Positions 1 to 13,239 of a DNA stretch of 64,000 nt are shown here, piece by piece. The notes beneath the pieces were generated by a model that was given only the letters and a program-made list of their open reading frames with translations, had not been told where the DNA came from and did no database searches. Location: positions 14,260,001 to 14,324,000 of the forward strand of contig OX597827.1 in the NCBI GenBank assembly GCA_951406725.2. The letters are read 5' to 3'. This stretch comes from Octopus vulgaris (lineage: Eukaryota). How positions within the stretch are numbered: the first letter of the stretch is position 1; every line of letters begins with the position of its first letter. The position numbers and the translations under genes are program-made.

Positions 1-77
1 GCAGAAATAAACAGTCTCTGACTGCTATTTCTAATTATTTCGGTATGTGGCAAAGCAACCTGTTGCCTGCCCTTGTA

Positions 78-172
<95 letters not shown>

Positions 173-400
173 CCAATGCAAGGAAACATGGTCTTCTTAT
201 AGGGATGTAAAACATCCAATTTTCACTGGTTAACTGTTCAATACCCAATACATAATATTTAGTAGAAAAATTTCTCCAGTATAAATGGATACATATACAT
301 AATATACAATAATAATATGAAAATGGTGAGTTCAAATTGACATATGTTAGTTTATTAACATAATATTATATTATTATTATAATTTTAAAATAAATATAAT

Positions 401-495
401 CCCTACAATTGTTTCAATTCAAACAAAAAACCAGAAACAAATTTATAAAAATTCATATTATGGAAATATTTTGGGTATGAATCTCATCAGGGTAA
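401..495 (-). ncRNA. Putative type I hammerhead ribozyme in a Penelope-like pLTR remnant
   Basis: Minus strand ccCTGATGA-gattc...(long loop)...gaatt-GAAA-caattg-TA-ggg: conserved core, stem II, palindromic stem III, followed downstream by AATAAA. Confidence 0.5.
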
Positions 496-575
496 CCAGA
501 CAAAAATCACATATGAGAAGACTGAAATCATAAAACAGACAGAATATTATATATATATATATATGTGTATACATG

Positions 576-660
<85 letters not shown>

Positions 661-710
661 CTATATCTATATATATATAGATATATATACATATTATATA
701 TATATATATT

Positions 711-767
<57 letters not shown>

Positions 768-921
768 ATATGTATATATATATCTATATGTATATACATA
801 TCTGATAGTACTTTATAGGTGTGAAACCAACGGTCGCTCTCTGAGTGGTCACAAGAAACAACCTTCTTGATATTACTGCTCCCTCTCTCTCTATACATAT
901 ATATATGCACATACACACACA

Positions 922-1138
922 CAAGGGTGTGCGGAAAAGTACCTGGCTTCAGGTAAAAGAAAATACAGGAGGATTTGTAATTTATATTTTTGTTCAATAC
1001 ATTCCCCTCTCAGATTCACACACTTATTGCAGTGGTCCTTCAGTTTTTTTAAGCCTTGTAAAAGATCTTGGAGGGTTGGGCCACTAATCAGGCCTTTCAT
1101 GATACCCTTAAAACCAGAAACTTTTCAGCACATCCTTG
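922..1138 (-). mobile_element. Mariner-derived MITE / deletion derivative
   Basis: TIRs caagggtgtgcggaaaagtacctgg / ccagaaacttttcagcacatccttg followed by TA. Internal minus-strand remnant LKKLKDHCNKCVNLRGECIE resembles the mariner transposase C-terminus. Confidence 0.7.
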
Positions 1139-3249
1139 TACACACACACAGATATATGTATATATATATATAAAGGGAAAGTTTACGAAAATAAACAAAA
1201 GATGAAGGCGGGTGGTGTACAAGCAAACAGATGTATTAGTATAGCGCTCAGGAATAGAATATATATATATATATATTATATAGCAATGGGATTGTTTCAG
1301 TTTCCATCAACCAAATCCATTCATAAGGTTTTGCTCAAAGACTCTTGCCCATATTGCCTTGCAGCAGGACTGAACCTGGAACCATGAGGTTGGGAAGCAA
1401 ACTTCTAAACCACGCAACTATACCTGCCACCTATCTAGTTCACTATTTCATTTCTACTTTATTTATTATGGCAAGGTCCCAAACAGTTTATATGCTTTTA
1501 AGATCTTATCAGAACAAAGACTCAGCTATTTGTTAAGAATAGCATAGAAAAATGAGTTTATTAATCAGATAGCTGTCTTCAATATCCCCATTTTATGACG
1601 TGTGACATTCCACTTTTCAAACCATTTCCCATATTTAATTGTTATAGCAAGATAAGCATATTTCATGTCAGCCACAAGAAACAATCAACAATAACAAAAA
1701 TCACTGAACAATTTCACAATGGACTTGGGAGCAAAGCCAAAAAAAACTGAGGGACAATATCATTGCATTCTATACAGCAACAGCATAAACCAAAAACACA
1801 CATATAAAAACGTATATAATATAAATTACAGACTAAATAAAGTAACAGAATTTGTTTTGTTTTTTTGTGTGTGTGTTTTTTGTTTTGTTTTATTCTTTTT
1901 ATTTTGTTATCCGTTATATATTCAATTTGGTATAAAGTTATCACGTATTTGGTAAAATTAATTTCGATTTCTTTTGACGGGGTCACTATGAAATTGGTGA
2001 TTAGTCAAAGTTATAAAGTTATTGCTTTTATTGACCCCAGCAGAGGAGAGGATTTTGAAAGGATTCGAACCCGAGGGAATAGTAGTAGGAGAAAAGCTAA
2101 ATGGAATAAACTAGAATCTTCTACAGAATCTATTCAAATCTATAAACAAGTGTTTTAGCATCTTTTAACTTTCATCCTTAATTGCTTACCTTTTACCTGT
2201 TTGTATCAGTCACTAGAATGCGACCATGCTGGGGCACCACCTTGAAGGATTTTTAGTCTAATGAGTCGACCCTGGTAATTATTTCTGAACCTGGTACTTA
2301 TTTTATTTGTCTGTGTTGCCAAACCGCTAAGTTACAGGGACATAAATAAACCAGTACCAATTGTCAAGCAGTGGTGAGGCAGTGGGGGAGGGGACAAACA
2401 CAAAGACAATGACACATACACACACACATATACACATACACATATATATATGGTTTCAGGTTCCGTCTCACAGCATGGTACCTTGGGCAGGTGTCTTTGT
2501 CTAAAGCCTGGGCTAACCAAAGCTTTGTGAGTGGATTTCATAAACAGAAAACCCCAAAATCCCTTTGTATATAAATGTGTGTGTGTGTTTATATATATAT
2601 ATATGTATACATGTGCGTATATGTGTGTATGTGTGTGTATGTGAAAGTATACATGTATATGTGTGTATCTATATATATATGTGCTTATGTGTGTGTGGGT
2701 CTATACATATGTGTATGTGTGTGTGAATGTATACATGTGTATGTGTGTGCATCTATATATGTGTGTATGTGTGTATGTGAATGTATACATGTTTATATGT
2801 GTCTATATATGTATGTGTGTGTGTGTGTGTGTGAATGCATACGTGTGTGCATGTGTGTGTGTGTGTATTTTACTGTAAAACAATCATCTCCGTCATGCAA
2901 GCAGTGTCCCTCATTTTCCAATCTTCCTCGAAACATGTCTGGTCATGGGGAAATAATATTCACATCACTTACAAACAAGTGAAAGGTGGTGACAAGACAA
3001 GCATCCAGCCATAGAAAATCTGCATCAGCAAATTCTGTCTGAACCATTCAAGCATGGAAAAGTAAAACAGTAAAACAATGAAGATGACCACAATATATCT
3101 TTTATATTTTACTTGATTCAGTGGTTTGACTGCGGCCATGCTGGAGTACCACCTTGATGGATTTCAGTTGAACAAATCGACTTCAGGACTTATTTTTTAA
3201 AGCCAAGTACTTATTCTTTTGGTCTCTTTTGCTGAACTGTGATATATTC

Positions 3250-3650
3250 TCTCTTTACTCTTTTACTTGTTTCAGTCATTTGACTGTGGCCATGCTGGAG
3301 CACCGCCTTTGGTCGAGCAAGTCGACCCCGGGACTTATTCTTTGTATGCCTAGTACTTATTCTATCGGTCTCTTTTGCCGAACCGCTAAGTGACGGGGAC
3401 GTAAACACACCAGCATCGGTTGTCAAGCAATGCTAGGGGACAAACACAGACACACAAACACACACACATATATATATATATACACATATATACGACAGGC
3501 TTCTTTCAGTTTCCGTCTACCAAATCCACTCACAAGGCATTGGTCGGCCCGGGGCTATAGCAGAAGACACTTGCCCAAGATGCCACACAGTGGGACTGAA
3601 CCCTGAACCATGTGGTTGGTTAGCAAGCTACTTACCACACAGCCACTCCT
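3250..3650 (-). mobile_element. tRNA-derived SINE family A, full copy
   Basis: Matches copies at 17229, 48191 and 52646: A/B-box head (tggctgtgtggt...ggttcagtcc), central TA/TG microsatellite, (aaagagt)n tail. Partial or old copies also near 1270, 2185, 3100, 4835, 7920, 8720, 9600, 27140, 34920 and 40400. Confidence 0.85.
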
Positions 3651-3654
3651 ATAT

Positions 3655-3850
3655 ATTTGCCACGATAGATCGCTAGCCACTAAATATTTTTCTATTTTCT
3701 CTCCCTGTTTATTTCTGTGTTCCTTTCTGTGGAAGAGCGTAGGCTCGAAATGTTAAAGACTTTTTCACTTCCTGAGCTTTAAACTAATACATCTGTTTGT
3801 TGTTTATATACCCATCTTTTGTTTTTTTTATTTTTTTGTAAATTCTCTCT
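3655..3850 (+). mobile_element. Short (TA)n-embedded element with degenerate hammerhead-like core
   Basis: ttctgtggaagagcgtaggctcgaaatgtta. Homologous to 9278-9462 and 1172-1260, and flanked by TA repeats. Confidence 0.55.
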
Positions 3851-3864
3851 CTATATATATATAT

Positions 3865-4755
3865 GTGGATCTAAACAGTTTGATTCAAATTCATTGATAC
3901 TCCAAGTTTCAGGTGTGATGCTAATCTTCAGCCACTTTGAATTTGAATGAGAGAAGTTAATTGTTAATACCATAAGGTGGGCTGCGATTGGTTGAGGAAG
4001 GTCACGTGGTGTCATGGTTTAATGTTGATATATCAGCATCAACAGTTACTTGGAAAATACTGTATGTGGTATTGGAAATCGACCACATGGAGGACAGGAA
4101 ATCGACCATGTGGTGGACAGGAAATCGGTCACATTGTTGGAGGGGAAGTAGGAAGGGGCAATATGTGCAAGTATATAGTTGTATATGTGAGTGTGTGTAC
4201 ATGCTTCATATGGTTTTGTGTGCATGTCTATATTGATGCGAGCATGTACATCTGTACATGGGCATGCATATGCCCATACACACGCACACATGTGAATGAA
4301 CATGTGAGCATGCACACACACATGCATACACATGCATGCACACATACACACACACATACACACAAACACACACACACGTGTATTCATTTATATGTACATA
4401 TGTATATATGCATACATGAACACACACTCACATATACAACTCTATACTTACACATACCAGCTCTTCTTACTTCCCCTCCAACAACGCAACCGATTTCCTG
4501 TCCACCACATGGTCAATTTCCTGTCCTCTATGCAGTCAATTTCCTGTTCCCCATGCAGTATTTTCCAAGTAACTGTTGCTGCTGATAAATCAACATCAAA
4601 CCACGACACCACATGACCTTCCTCCACCAGTCACAGCCCACTTTACAGTAATAACAATCAACTTCTCTCATTCAAATTCAAAATGGCTGAAGATTAGCAT
4701 CATGCTTGAAACTGAGAGTACCAACGAATTTGAATCAAATTGTTTTCATGCATAC
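3865..4755. repeat. Long fold-back palindrome (~350-400 bp arms, TG/CA centre)
   Basis: Left arm aaacagtttgattcaaattc...ggaaatcgacc is the diverged reverse complement of right arm ...gaatttgaatcaaattgtttt. Internal ~21-bp subrepeats ggacaggaaatcgacc. Confidence 0.85.
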
Positions 4756-6549
4756 ATGTAACTCCCAATAAATTTGCCGAGTGCCCTTCTTTTGTTTGTT
4801 CACACACACACACGTGCATATATGTTCCATAGGTATAGGTGTGGCTGTGTGGTAAGAAGCTTGCTTTTTAACTACATGGCTCTGGGTTCAGTCCCACTGT
4901 ATGGCACCTTGGTCAAGTGTTTTCTATTATAGCCCCAGGCCAACCGAAGCCTTGGGATTTGGTAGGCATAAACTGAAAGAATCTTGTCCTATATGTGTGT
5001 GTGTGTGTGTGTGTGCATACGTTTATTCCCCTCATATAGTTCCATAAAGTTTCTGCCCACAAATTTTCCACTCAAAGTATATGGTTAGCCCAAAGTTCTT
5101 GTGAAGACATTTGCCAAAGTTGCCACAAATCAGAATGAAACCTGAAAGCCTGTAGCTGCAAAACAAACCTCTTGACCACACAGCCAGTTATACACCTCCA
5201 ATTTATTAACCTTCATAATTCACTCAAAACATTTGAAATTCAAACACCTCATGAACAAAATATAAAATAAGCTGAAAATTATTTTGCATTTTTTACGTTG
5301 AAATTGTAGATTGTATATGCATATGTGTATATCAGTATGTGTATATATGTATGTCTATGAGTACGTCGGTGTTTGTATGTCATTATGTGTATGCCTATAT
5401 GTGTGTCTATGTCTATGTATTTATATATTTTTGTCTGTGTGTGTATGTATGTGTATGTCTATGTGTGTGCGTATTTTTCACGTCTGTATATGTGTTTGTT
5501 TATGTGAGTGTATATTTGTGTGTTTGAGTATGTCTATGTGTATGTATATTTATATGTATATATGAATACATATATATATATGTTTATGTATGTGTGTGTG
5601 TGTGAATGTGTCTATGTGTGTGTGTGTGTACTTATGGCTCTGCACGTGAATGTGTATATTTATGTGAGCGTATATTTGTATGTTTGAGTGTGTACATATG
5701 TATGTTTATGTGTGTGTATATATGTATATGTCTGCGTGTATATGTATATGTATATGTCTGTGCATATGTTTGTGCACGAGTATGTCTATAAGTGTGTGTT
5801 GCTCTATGTGTTAAAGGTGTCCTTTTTTTCATTCATTCATTCATTTATTTATTTATTTATTTTCCCCCCATTTTTATAACAATGCAGAATCTATAATCGA
5901 TTCTGGCCCTTCACCATATTAATTTTCTGAAGTGTCAACTGAAGAGCAGTCAAAACCTTTCCTTGGTATATTGGAAATTAATGTTTTAAAGATGATATTC
6001 TAACATTTCCAACTTTCTTCCAAAACTTGTTTAATTAATGATCTTCATTTTCCCTAATTAGTTTCACTTATTTTCATTTGTCAATGTTGGCACCCTTAAG
6101 AAAACGTCTCTGGCAAGAAAAAAAAAGAAAGTAAAAGAAAAAAGAAAATCCATACTTTTCACAATTTTCACAATTCTTTGTAGAGAACATTGTTAGCGAA
6201 TAACTCATTGATCACTTTACAGTGTCTCTCGCCTTCTTTGCTAACCAGAAGAGAGCAAGCTAATTCAGACTGCAGCTTTAACGAATTCCTTTCTTTCTGA
6301 CATTAAACACCACTAATACAACAAAGTTTTTGATGAAATCCATCTTATTAGACTTGACATTAGCAAAATACTTGAGCAAATAAGATATATGAGTCCCCAT
6401 ATAAGTTCCTTGATTGTATTGTAACGGTTAATAAGAACTGACATTGGTCATTATACAGTAACATCAACAGAGAGCCTTTACATGGTCTTTTGACCAGCTA
6501 GAAACAGCAGCGAAATTGCTCTCATTCACTCTCAAAACACATAAAAATA

Positions 6550-6835
6550 AATCATCATCATCATTGTTCGACCGTGGTCGAGACAATGGAATTTACCATG
6601 CTACGCCAGACTTCACGGTCCATGATGGCATTATGGAGGTCCTGTTGCTGGATGCCTGTATCCCTGGAGATTACATCAGGGTAGGAGAGCGTGCGTCCTC
6701 TGGTACTACGAGTAGATGGCTTCCAGAGGAGAAGAGTAGAAATTGCCTGGTTTTCAGCTCTACAACAATGTCCAGGAAACTGGACTCTTCTACCTTTCAC
6801 AAGAGATGATACAGACGGTAGCTTCCCATATATTT
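6550..6835 (-). pseudogene. RTE-clade LINE 3' end remnant with (TGA)n tail
   Basis: Peptide RRVQFPGHCCRAE...LLLWKP...RGRTLSYPDVISRDTG...MDREVWR is typical of the RTE C-terminus, followed by a stop and tgatgatga. Confidence 0.75.
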
Positions 6836-6841
6836 GCATTT

Positions 6842-7557
6842 TGGTTTCCTGGTTTCTATGGCGTATGTGTTCCCTAGTTGGACGGGATGCCAGTCCATTG
6901 CAGCGTTACTCCTTTTTGCCAGCTGAGTGGACTGGAGCAACGTGAAATTAAGTGTTTTGCTCAAGAACATAATGTGTCACCCGGTCCAGGAATCGAAACC
7001 ACAATCTTACAAGCATGATGCTGATACCCTAACCACTAAGCCACGCCCCTCCACAAATGCACCCTTTTAAAGCCTAGCCAGGCTCATGGGCCCGGTTTCC
7101 TGGTTTCTATGGCGTATGCGTTCCCCAGTTGGATGAGACGCCAGTCCATCGCAACGTTACTCCTTTTTGCCAGCTGAGAGGACTGGAGCAACGTGAAATG
7201 AAGTGTTTTGCTCAAGAACACAACGCATCACCTGGTCCAGGAATCGAAACCACAATCTTACAATCATGATGCTGACACTCTAACCACTAAGCCACGCCCC
7301 TCCACAAATGCGCCCTTTTAAAGCATAGCCAAGCTCATGGGCCCGGTTTCCTGGTTTCTATGGTGTATGTGTTCCCCAGTTGGACGGGACGCCAGTCCAT
7401 CGCAGCGTTACTCATTTTTGTCAGCTGAGTGGACTGGAGCAATGTGAAATGAAGTGTTTTGCTCAAGAACACAACGCATCACCTGGTCCAGGAATTGAAA
7501 CCACAATCTTACAATCATGATGCTGACACCCTAACCACTAAGCCATGCGCCTCCACC
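6842..7557 (-). mobile_element. Tandem trimer of tRNA-derived SINE family C (~250-bp period)
   Basis: Three copies of gtggagg(g)gcgtggcttagtggttagggtg...gcgatggactggcgtccc...gaaaccaggaaacc. A monomer is present at 21459-21710. Confidence 0.85.
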
Positions 7558-8165
7558 CTCAAAACACATAGTACTATCTTAACCCTTAGACTTTCAGATT
7601 GTACTGTCAAATGTAAAGCATATTCACATTGTTTTTGAATTAATTGTGCATTTTCTTATCTTGCAGCATCAAGATTTCCATGGTGTGATTGTTCATTTGT
7701 AGAACGGCATTGTAGGGTAAGTGCGAGAGGCTGGAGCTGGCCAGTTTGAACTTAAAACAGAGAGAATATTAGGACCAGATTTGGCCAAAAATTTCCAGAG
7801 AGGAGTAAGACTAATAAGGTTATAGCTTCGCTTGGTTAGTTGCGGGTTGACATCAGTAGGAAAGAACATGGGCAGAGAGGGAATTCCAGAGGGATTTGAT
7901 CTGGGGAGAAAGGGCACTTATCTTTTATTCTTTACTTGTTTCATTGGTTAGACTGCACCATTGCTGGGATACTGCCTTGAAGTATTTTAGTCAAACGAGT
8001 GACCCCCAGTACTTACGGCTTTCTTAAAGCCTGATACTTATTCTAACAGTTTCTTTTGCCGAACCACTAAGTTACAAGGACATAAACACACCAACACTGG
8101 TTATCTAGCAGAGGTGGGACACAAACACAGACACAAAAACACACACACACACGTGTATATATATG

Positions 8166-8244
<79 letters not shown>

Positions 8245-8249
8245 ATATC

Positions 8250-8479
8250 AAGGTGGAGAACTGGCAGAATTGTTTGCACGCCAGGTGAAATGCTTAGAGG
8301 TATTTCGTCTGTCGTTACGTTCTGAGCTCAAATTCCGTCAAGGTCGACTTTGACTTTCATCCTTTTGGGGTCGTTTAAATAAGTACTAGTTATGCTCTGG
8401 GGTCAGTGTAATCGACTTAATTCATTTGTCTGTCCTTGTTTGTCTCCTCTATGTTTAGCCCCTAGTGGGCAATAAAGAA

Positions 8480-8480
<1 letters not shown>
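8250..8480 (+). mobile_element. SINE family B (Nin-like central domain)
   Basis: ggtggagaactggcagaa head, gagctcaaattcc B-box-like, ggtcgactttg...tttcatcctttt...aagtac core shared with the copies at 11028, 49698 and 63127. Confidence 0.75.
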
Positions 8481-8530
<50 letters not shown>

Positions 8531-8916
8531 TAGTTATCGCCATACTTATATGGCAGTCTTATAAATATAAGACCAAAGCTGTCGCTGATTAGTTCCAAGA
8601 GGCCACCGCCTCAAAGCTAGCTATTTGACACACAACCTGCGTCCATTATAAACCTTCGAACAGGAGAGGTCAGCCGCTTCATCCTGCCAGTCAAACAGCT
8701 GCAGACATGCCTTGAAGGTTTTTTTTTTTTCGTTTTAGTCAAACAAATCAATGCCAGGACTTATTTCTTTAAGCCTAGTATTTATTCTATTAGTCTCTTT
8801 TTGCCAAACTGATAAATAACAGGGACATAAACACATTAACACTGGTTGTCAAGTGGTTGTGGGGAGGGACAAACCCAGACACAGAGGCACACACATAGAT
8901 ATGTACATATATACAT

Positions 8917-8991
<75 letters not shown>

Positions 8992-9044
8992 CATACATAT
9001 ATATATATACATATATATATATACATATACATACATATACATAC

Positions 9045-9142
<98 letters not shown>

Positions 9143-9231
9143 GTTTAAATATCACTGAAGCAAAATAACACCAAATATATAGTGCGTGTGTTTTTATTGG
9201 CTAAACTGGCAATATGACCATTCCGAAATAT

Positions 9232-9277
<46 letters not shown>

Positions 9278-9281
<4 letters not shown>

Positions 9282-9462
9282 GATCATTAGCCACTACACA
9301 CATAAATGTTTCCAACCTGGAGCTTAAGGCCAGCATTTCTGTAGAAGAGCTTAGGCTCGAAACATAAAAGACTTTTTCTATTCCTGAGCGTTATACTAAT
9401 ACATCTGTTTGTTTTGTACACCACCTGTCTTCATCTTTTGTTTTTTTCATAAACTCTCCCTA
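9278..9462 (+). mobile_element. Short (TA)n-embedded element with degenerate hammerhead-like core
   Basis: ttctgtagaagagcttaggctcgaaacata, with TA arrays on both sides. Confidence 0.55.
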
Positions 9463-9521
9463 TATATATATATATGTCTTCTACTATAGCCTTGGGTTGA
9501 CCCATCATATATGTATGTATA

Positions 9522-9585
<64 letters not shown>

Positions 9586-10118
9586 CATACATATATGATG
9601 GGTCAACCCAAGGGTATAGTAGAAGACATTTGCCTAAGGTGCCACACAGTGGGATTGAACCCAGAACCATGTGGTTGGGTAGTAAGTTTCTTACCACAAA
9701 GCCACACTTGCACCTATTTTGGCAAATTCTTCAATAAGAATTTACTAAAATAACTTTGTTCATTATTAAGCTGGTGTCTGGAACATAAATTAACATGAAA
9801 TTTTGATGGCAGGTCTTAATTTAGCTCACTTTAAACCAGGAAGTTTGCCTCGTTGAATCAGGAGCAATTTCAGGTGTTTAGGATGATTATAAGATCGTGA
9901 GTTCAATTCCCAGTGGTGCGCTATGCCTTTGAGCAAGACACTTTATTTCATGTTGCTCCAGTCCACTCATCTGGTAAAAATGAGTTGTACTTTTAATTCA
10001 AAAGGGTCAGCATTGTCACATTCTCTGAATCTCTCTGAGACTGAATCTCTCTGAGAGCTATGTTAAGGGTATGCATGTCTGTGGAGTGTTCAACCACTTG
10101 CACATTAATTTCATGTTC

Positions 10119-10536
10119 GGAACTTTTCGGTTTGAAAGGCAGTTTTTAAAAATAATTTCCACGTAACTAAAAAGTTTAAAACTTCGTATACTGGTAGAAT
10201 GTGTTATAAAACATCTTTTTCTCTTGGCTTTATTGAGAAAATTCTATGGTTTGTAAGATATTTGTTGTTTTTTTTTCTTCAATTTCTGCAATTTCAACCA
10301 ATCAATGACGTCTATTGAGGTAAAAACATTCTGTGCCGTATGAATATGTCCCTCGTTTATGAAACAGATTGGGTTTATTTACATTTGTGAAGAAAAAAAG
10401 ATACCCTTCCTCCCCACCCCTAACCCTAACCCTAAAACAGATTAAAATGCAATAGATCGATACTAGGGTCCTAATTATGGGTGACAATTTCATATGACAC
10501 CGCTAGAAAAAACTGCCATTCAAACCGAAAAGATCC
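10119..10536. mobile_element. MITE with GG...CC TIRs, 8-bp TSD and internal (TAACCC)n (Merlin-like candidate)
   Basis: TIRs ggaacttttcggtttgaaaggcagttttt / aaaaactgccattcaaaccgaaaagatcc. TSD tcatgttc at 10111-10118 and 10537-10544. Inserted in an older family-C SINE (about 9880-10590). Confidence 0.85.
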
Positions 10537-11030
10537 TCATGTTCTTTCATTGATTGAATCAACTGGAATTCTTGTCATCGTAACTGATGGAGAGACAGGC
10601 TAATATGCAAGGGGTTAGGTAAATGCAGGTTCAAACTTCAGCTCACAAGCATTCAATAAATTCACATCAGTTCCAAGATTTGAATCACTAATAAATAATA
10701 AAGAAGAGGGAAATAATACTGGAGCTAACAAAAACAAACTCTATGACAGGTTAGGTGATTTATAGTTTTGTATTTACTCTGTCATAACAGTGAAAGGCCT
10801 TCAAGCAAATATACGGAAGAATTAACTGTGGATGTGATTTCAAATTGCAGCTAACAGGTGATCATTTCTTTACCCCACAACCATCTCATGTGACACATAT
10901 ATATATTTATTAGATAAATATTTATTATTTGAACAATGCTAACAAATGAATTCTTTAATATCTAAGCTATGATAATAGTAACGAAAGTATTTGGAAAATA
11001 AAATGTATAAATAATGACAGTGTTTATACC

Positions 11031-11625
11031 TATTTCTTTACTACCCACAAGGGGTTAAACACAGAGGGGACAAACAAGGACAGACAAATGGATTAAGTCG
11101 ATTACATCGACCCCAGTGCGTAACTGGTACTTAATTTATCGACCCCGAAAGGAAGAAAGGCGAAGTTGACCTCGGTGGAATTTGAACTCAGAATGTAGCG
11201 GCAGACGAAATACTTATTTCTTTACTACCCACAAGGGGCTAAACACAGAGAGGTCAAACAAGGACAGACAAACGGATTAAGTCAATTACATCGACCCCAG
11301 TGTGTAACTGGTACTTAATTTATCGACCCCGAAAGGAAGAAAGGCGAAGTTGACCTCGGTGGAATTTGAACTCAGAACATAACGGCAGACGAAATACTTA
11401 TTTCTTTACTATCCACAAGGGGCTAAACACAGTGGGGACAAACAAGGACAGACAAACGGATTAAGTCGATTACATCGATCCCAGTGCGTAACTGGTACTT
11501 AATTTATCGACCCCGAAAGGATGAAAGGCGAAGTCAACCTCGGCGGAATTTGAACTCAGAACGTAACAGCAGACGAAATACAGCTATGCATTTCGCCTGG
11601 TGTGCTAACGTTTCTGCCAGCTCGC
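11031..11625 (-). mobile_element. SINE family B multimer (one head plus three ~183-bp bodies)
   Basis: Three tandem tatttctttactacccacaagggg...ggcagacgaaatac units, head only at the 11600 end. Possible TSD tg(t/c)ttatacc. Confidence 0.85.
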
Positions 11626-11699
11626 AGATGCTTATACCATTAAAATAATATACGTGATGGGATTAGGTATAACAGTTATTGCAGGGTTTGAGAAAATAT

Positions 11700-12262
11700 G
11701 TGCAGGTATAGCTGTGTAGTTATGAAGTCCACTTCCCAACAACATGGTTTCAGGTTCAGTCCCACTTGCCCAAGTATTTTCTGCTATAGCCCCAGGTTGG
11801 CCGAAGCTTTGTGATAGGATTTGATATGCAGAAACTGAAAAGTAACCAGGTGCAGGTATGGCTGTGTGGTACGAAGTGTGCATCCCAACCACATGGTTTC
11901 AGGTTCAGTCCCACTGTGTGACACTTTGGGTGTCTTCTACTATAGCTTCAGGCTGACCAAAGCCTTGTGAGTGGATTTGGTAGATGGAAACTGAAAGAAG
12001 CCCATCGATTATATATCTACATGTGTGTGTGTATGTGTGCATGTGTATGTATGTGTGTATTTGTACCCCATCACTGATTGAAAACCAGTGTTAGTGTGTT
12101 TACATCCTTGTAACTTAGTAGCTCAGCAAAAGGTACCGATAGAATAAGTACCGGACTTAAAATGATAATAAGGGGTTGATTCATTCAACTAAAACCCTTC
12201 TAGGTGGTGTCTCACTCACCACGGCCACAGTCCAATGACCGAAACAAGTAAAAGATAAAAAA
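11700..12262 (+). mobile_element. SINE family A with duplicated head
   Basis: Two successive gtgcaggtat(a/g)gctgtg heads, then body and aaacaagtaaaaga tail. Confidence 0.75.
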
Positions 12263-13239
12263 TAAATGATATGGTTCCTTGGATTGCTCATAAATATTCC
12301 TGGCAATAGTTTGTCCATATTTGGATGCTATTGATGTGCAGTGAAAGGCAGAATGGTAGAGTAGGCAAAAGAAGGAGACTAAACTTTGAAGATTCGACTT
12401 AATTCTTTTAACCCTCTAAAAGATTTTGCTATATTTCTTAGGCAAAGCCTTTAGGAATGTCTATAAACTAAACATTACTTGGAAAGAGTTTCTATAAGTG
12501 TATTGTTGGGGTGAAGCTTAATTAAACATGTTGTTTGCATTGTAGAATGGCAAAAGAAGAATGCAACACTTAGAGGTTGTTTATGAGTATATATATATAT
12601 ATTGTGTGTGTGTGTGTGTATGTATAAATATAAAATACAAAATGAGACAAGAAAACAAAACATCCAGACAGTTAGATGATACACAAAAGGAACAACAAAA
12701 CATCCAGATAGACGATACAAAAAAACAAGGACAGGTCATTCGAGTTCCAGATTATCTTTGCAATTTCAGCTGTTTATACTCGAGATTGCTCCAATATGGT
12801 CAACCCCAAGGAAAAAACTAAGCTCAGAGCATTAGATTCCTTGAAATAAAGTAGCGAATATATACGAAAACAAGGATGGAAAAAAAATGGAGAATGTTAC
12901 ACAAATACAAATAACAGGACATAACAACAGGTGTATATACATATTTATGGAGAGAAAGAGAGAGAGAGGGGGAAAGTGAAAGTGGGAGAGAGAACCTACA
13001 TATGCTTTGGATTTATTAATAATATCTTTAGATCTTTAGTCATATTGAAATTTTGAGAATTGCTGTTATTATTAAATCAGGGTATTGGCTCAGTTACTAG
13101 AATATTGGGCAAAATTAATTATACTCCAAACCTAAATTTCTCATTTTATGCCTACAGAAGAGATTTTTAACATGCACACATATACAGAAACACACAAACA
13201 CACACACATAAAGACACCCATACATACATATATAATGCT

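Noticed and set aside
802-836. Hammerhead-like ctgatag...gaaaccaacggtc (and a similar decayed motif near 8550-8585)
   Set aside because: The CUGANGA box is broken and the stems are weak, so it is too degenerate to call.
10415-10435. Interstitial telomere or fusion site (also 55790-55960)
   Set aside because: Only a few TAACCC units, internal to a TSD-bounded MITE.
6265-10690. Candidate third protocadherin exons (acceptors near 6297 and 10687)
   Set aside because: They give only 8-10 codons with no recognisable motif and cannot be distinguished from chance.
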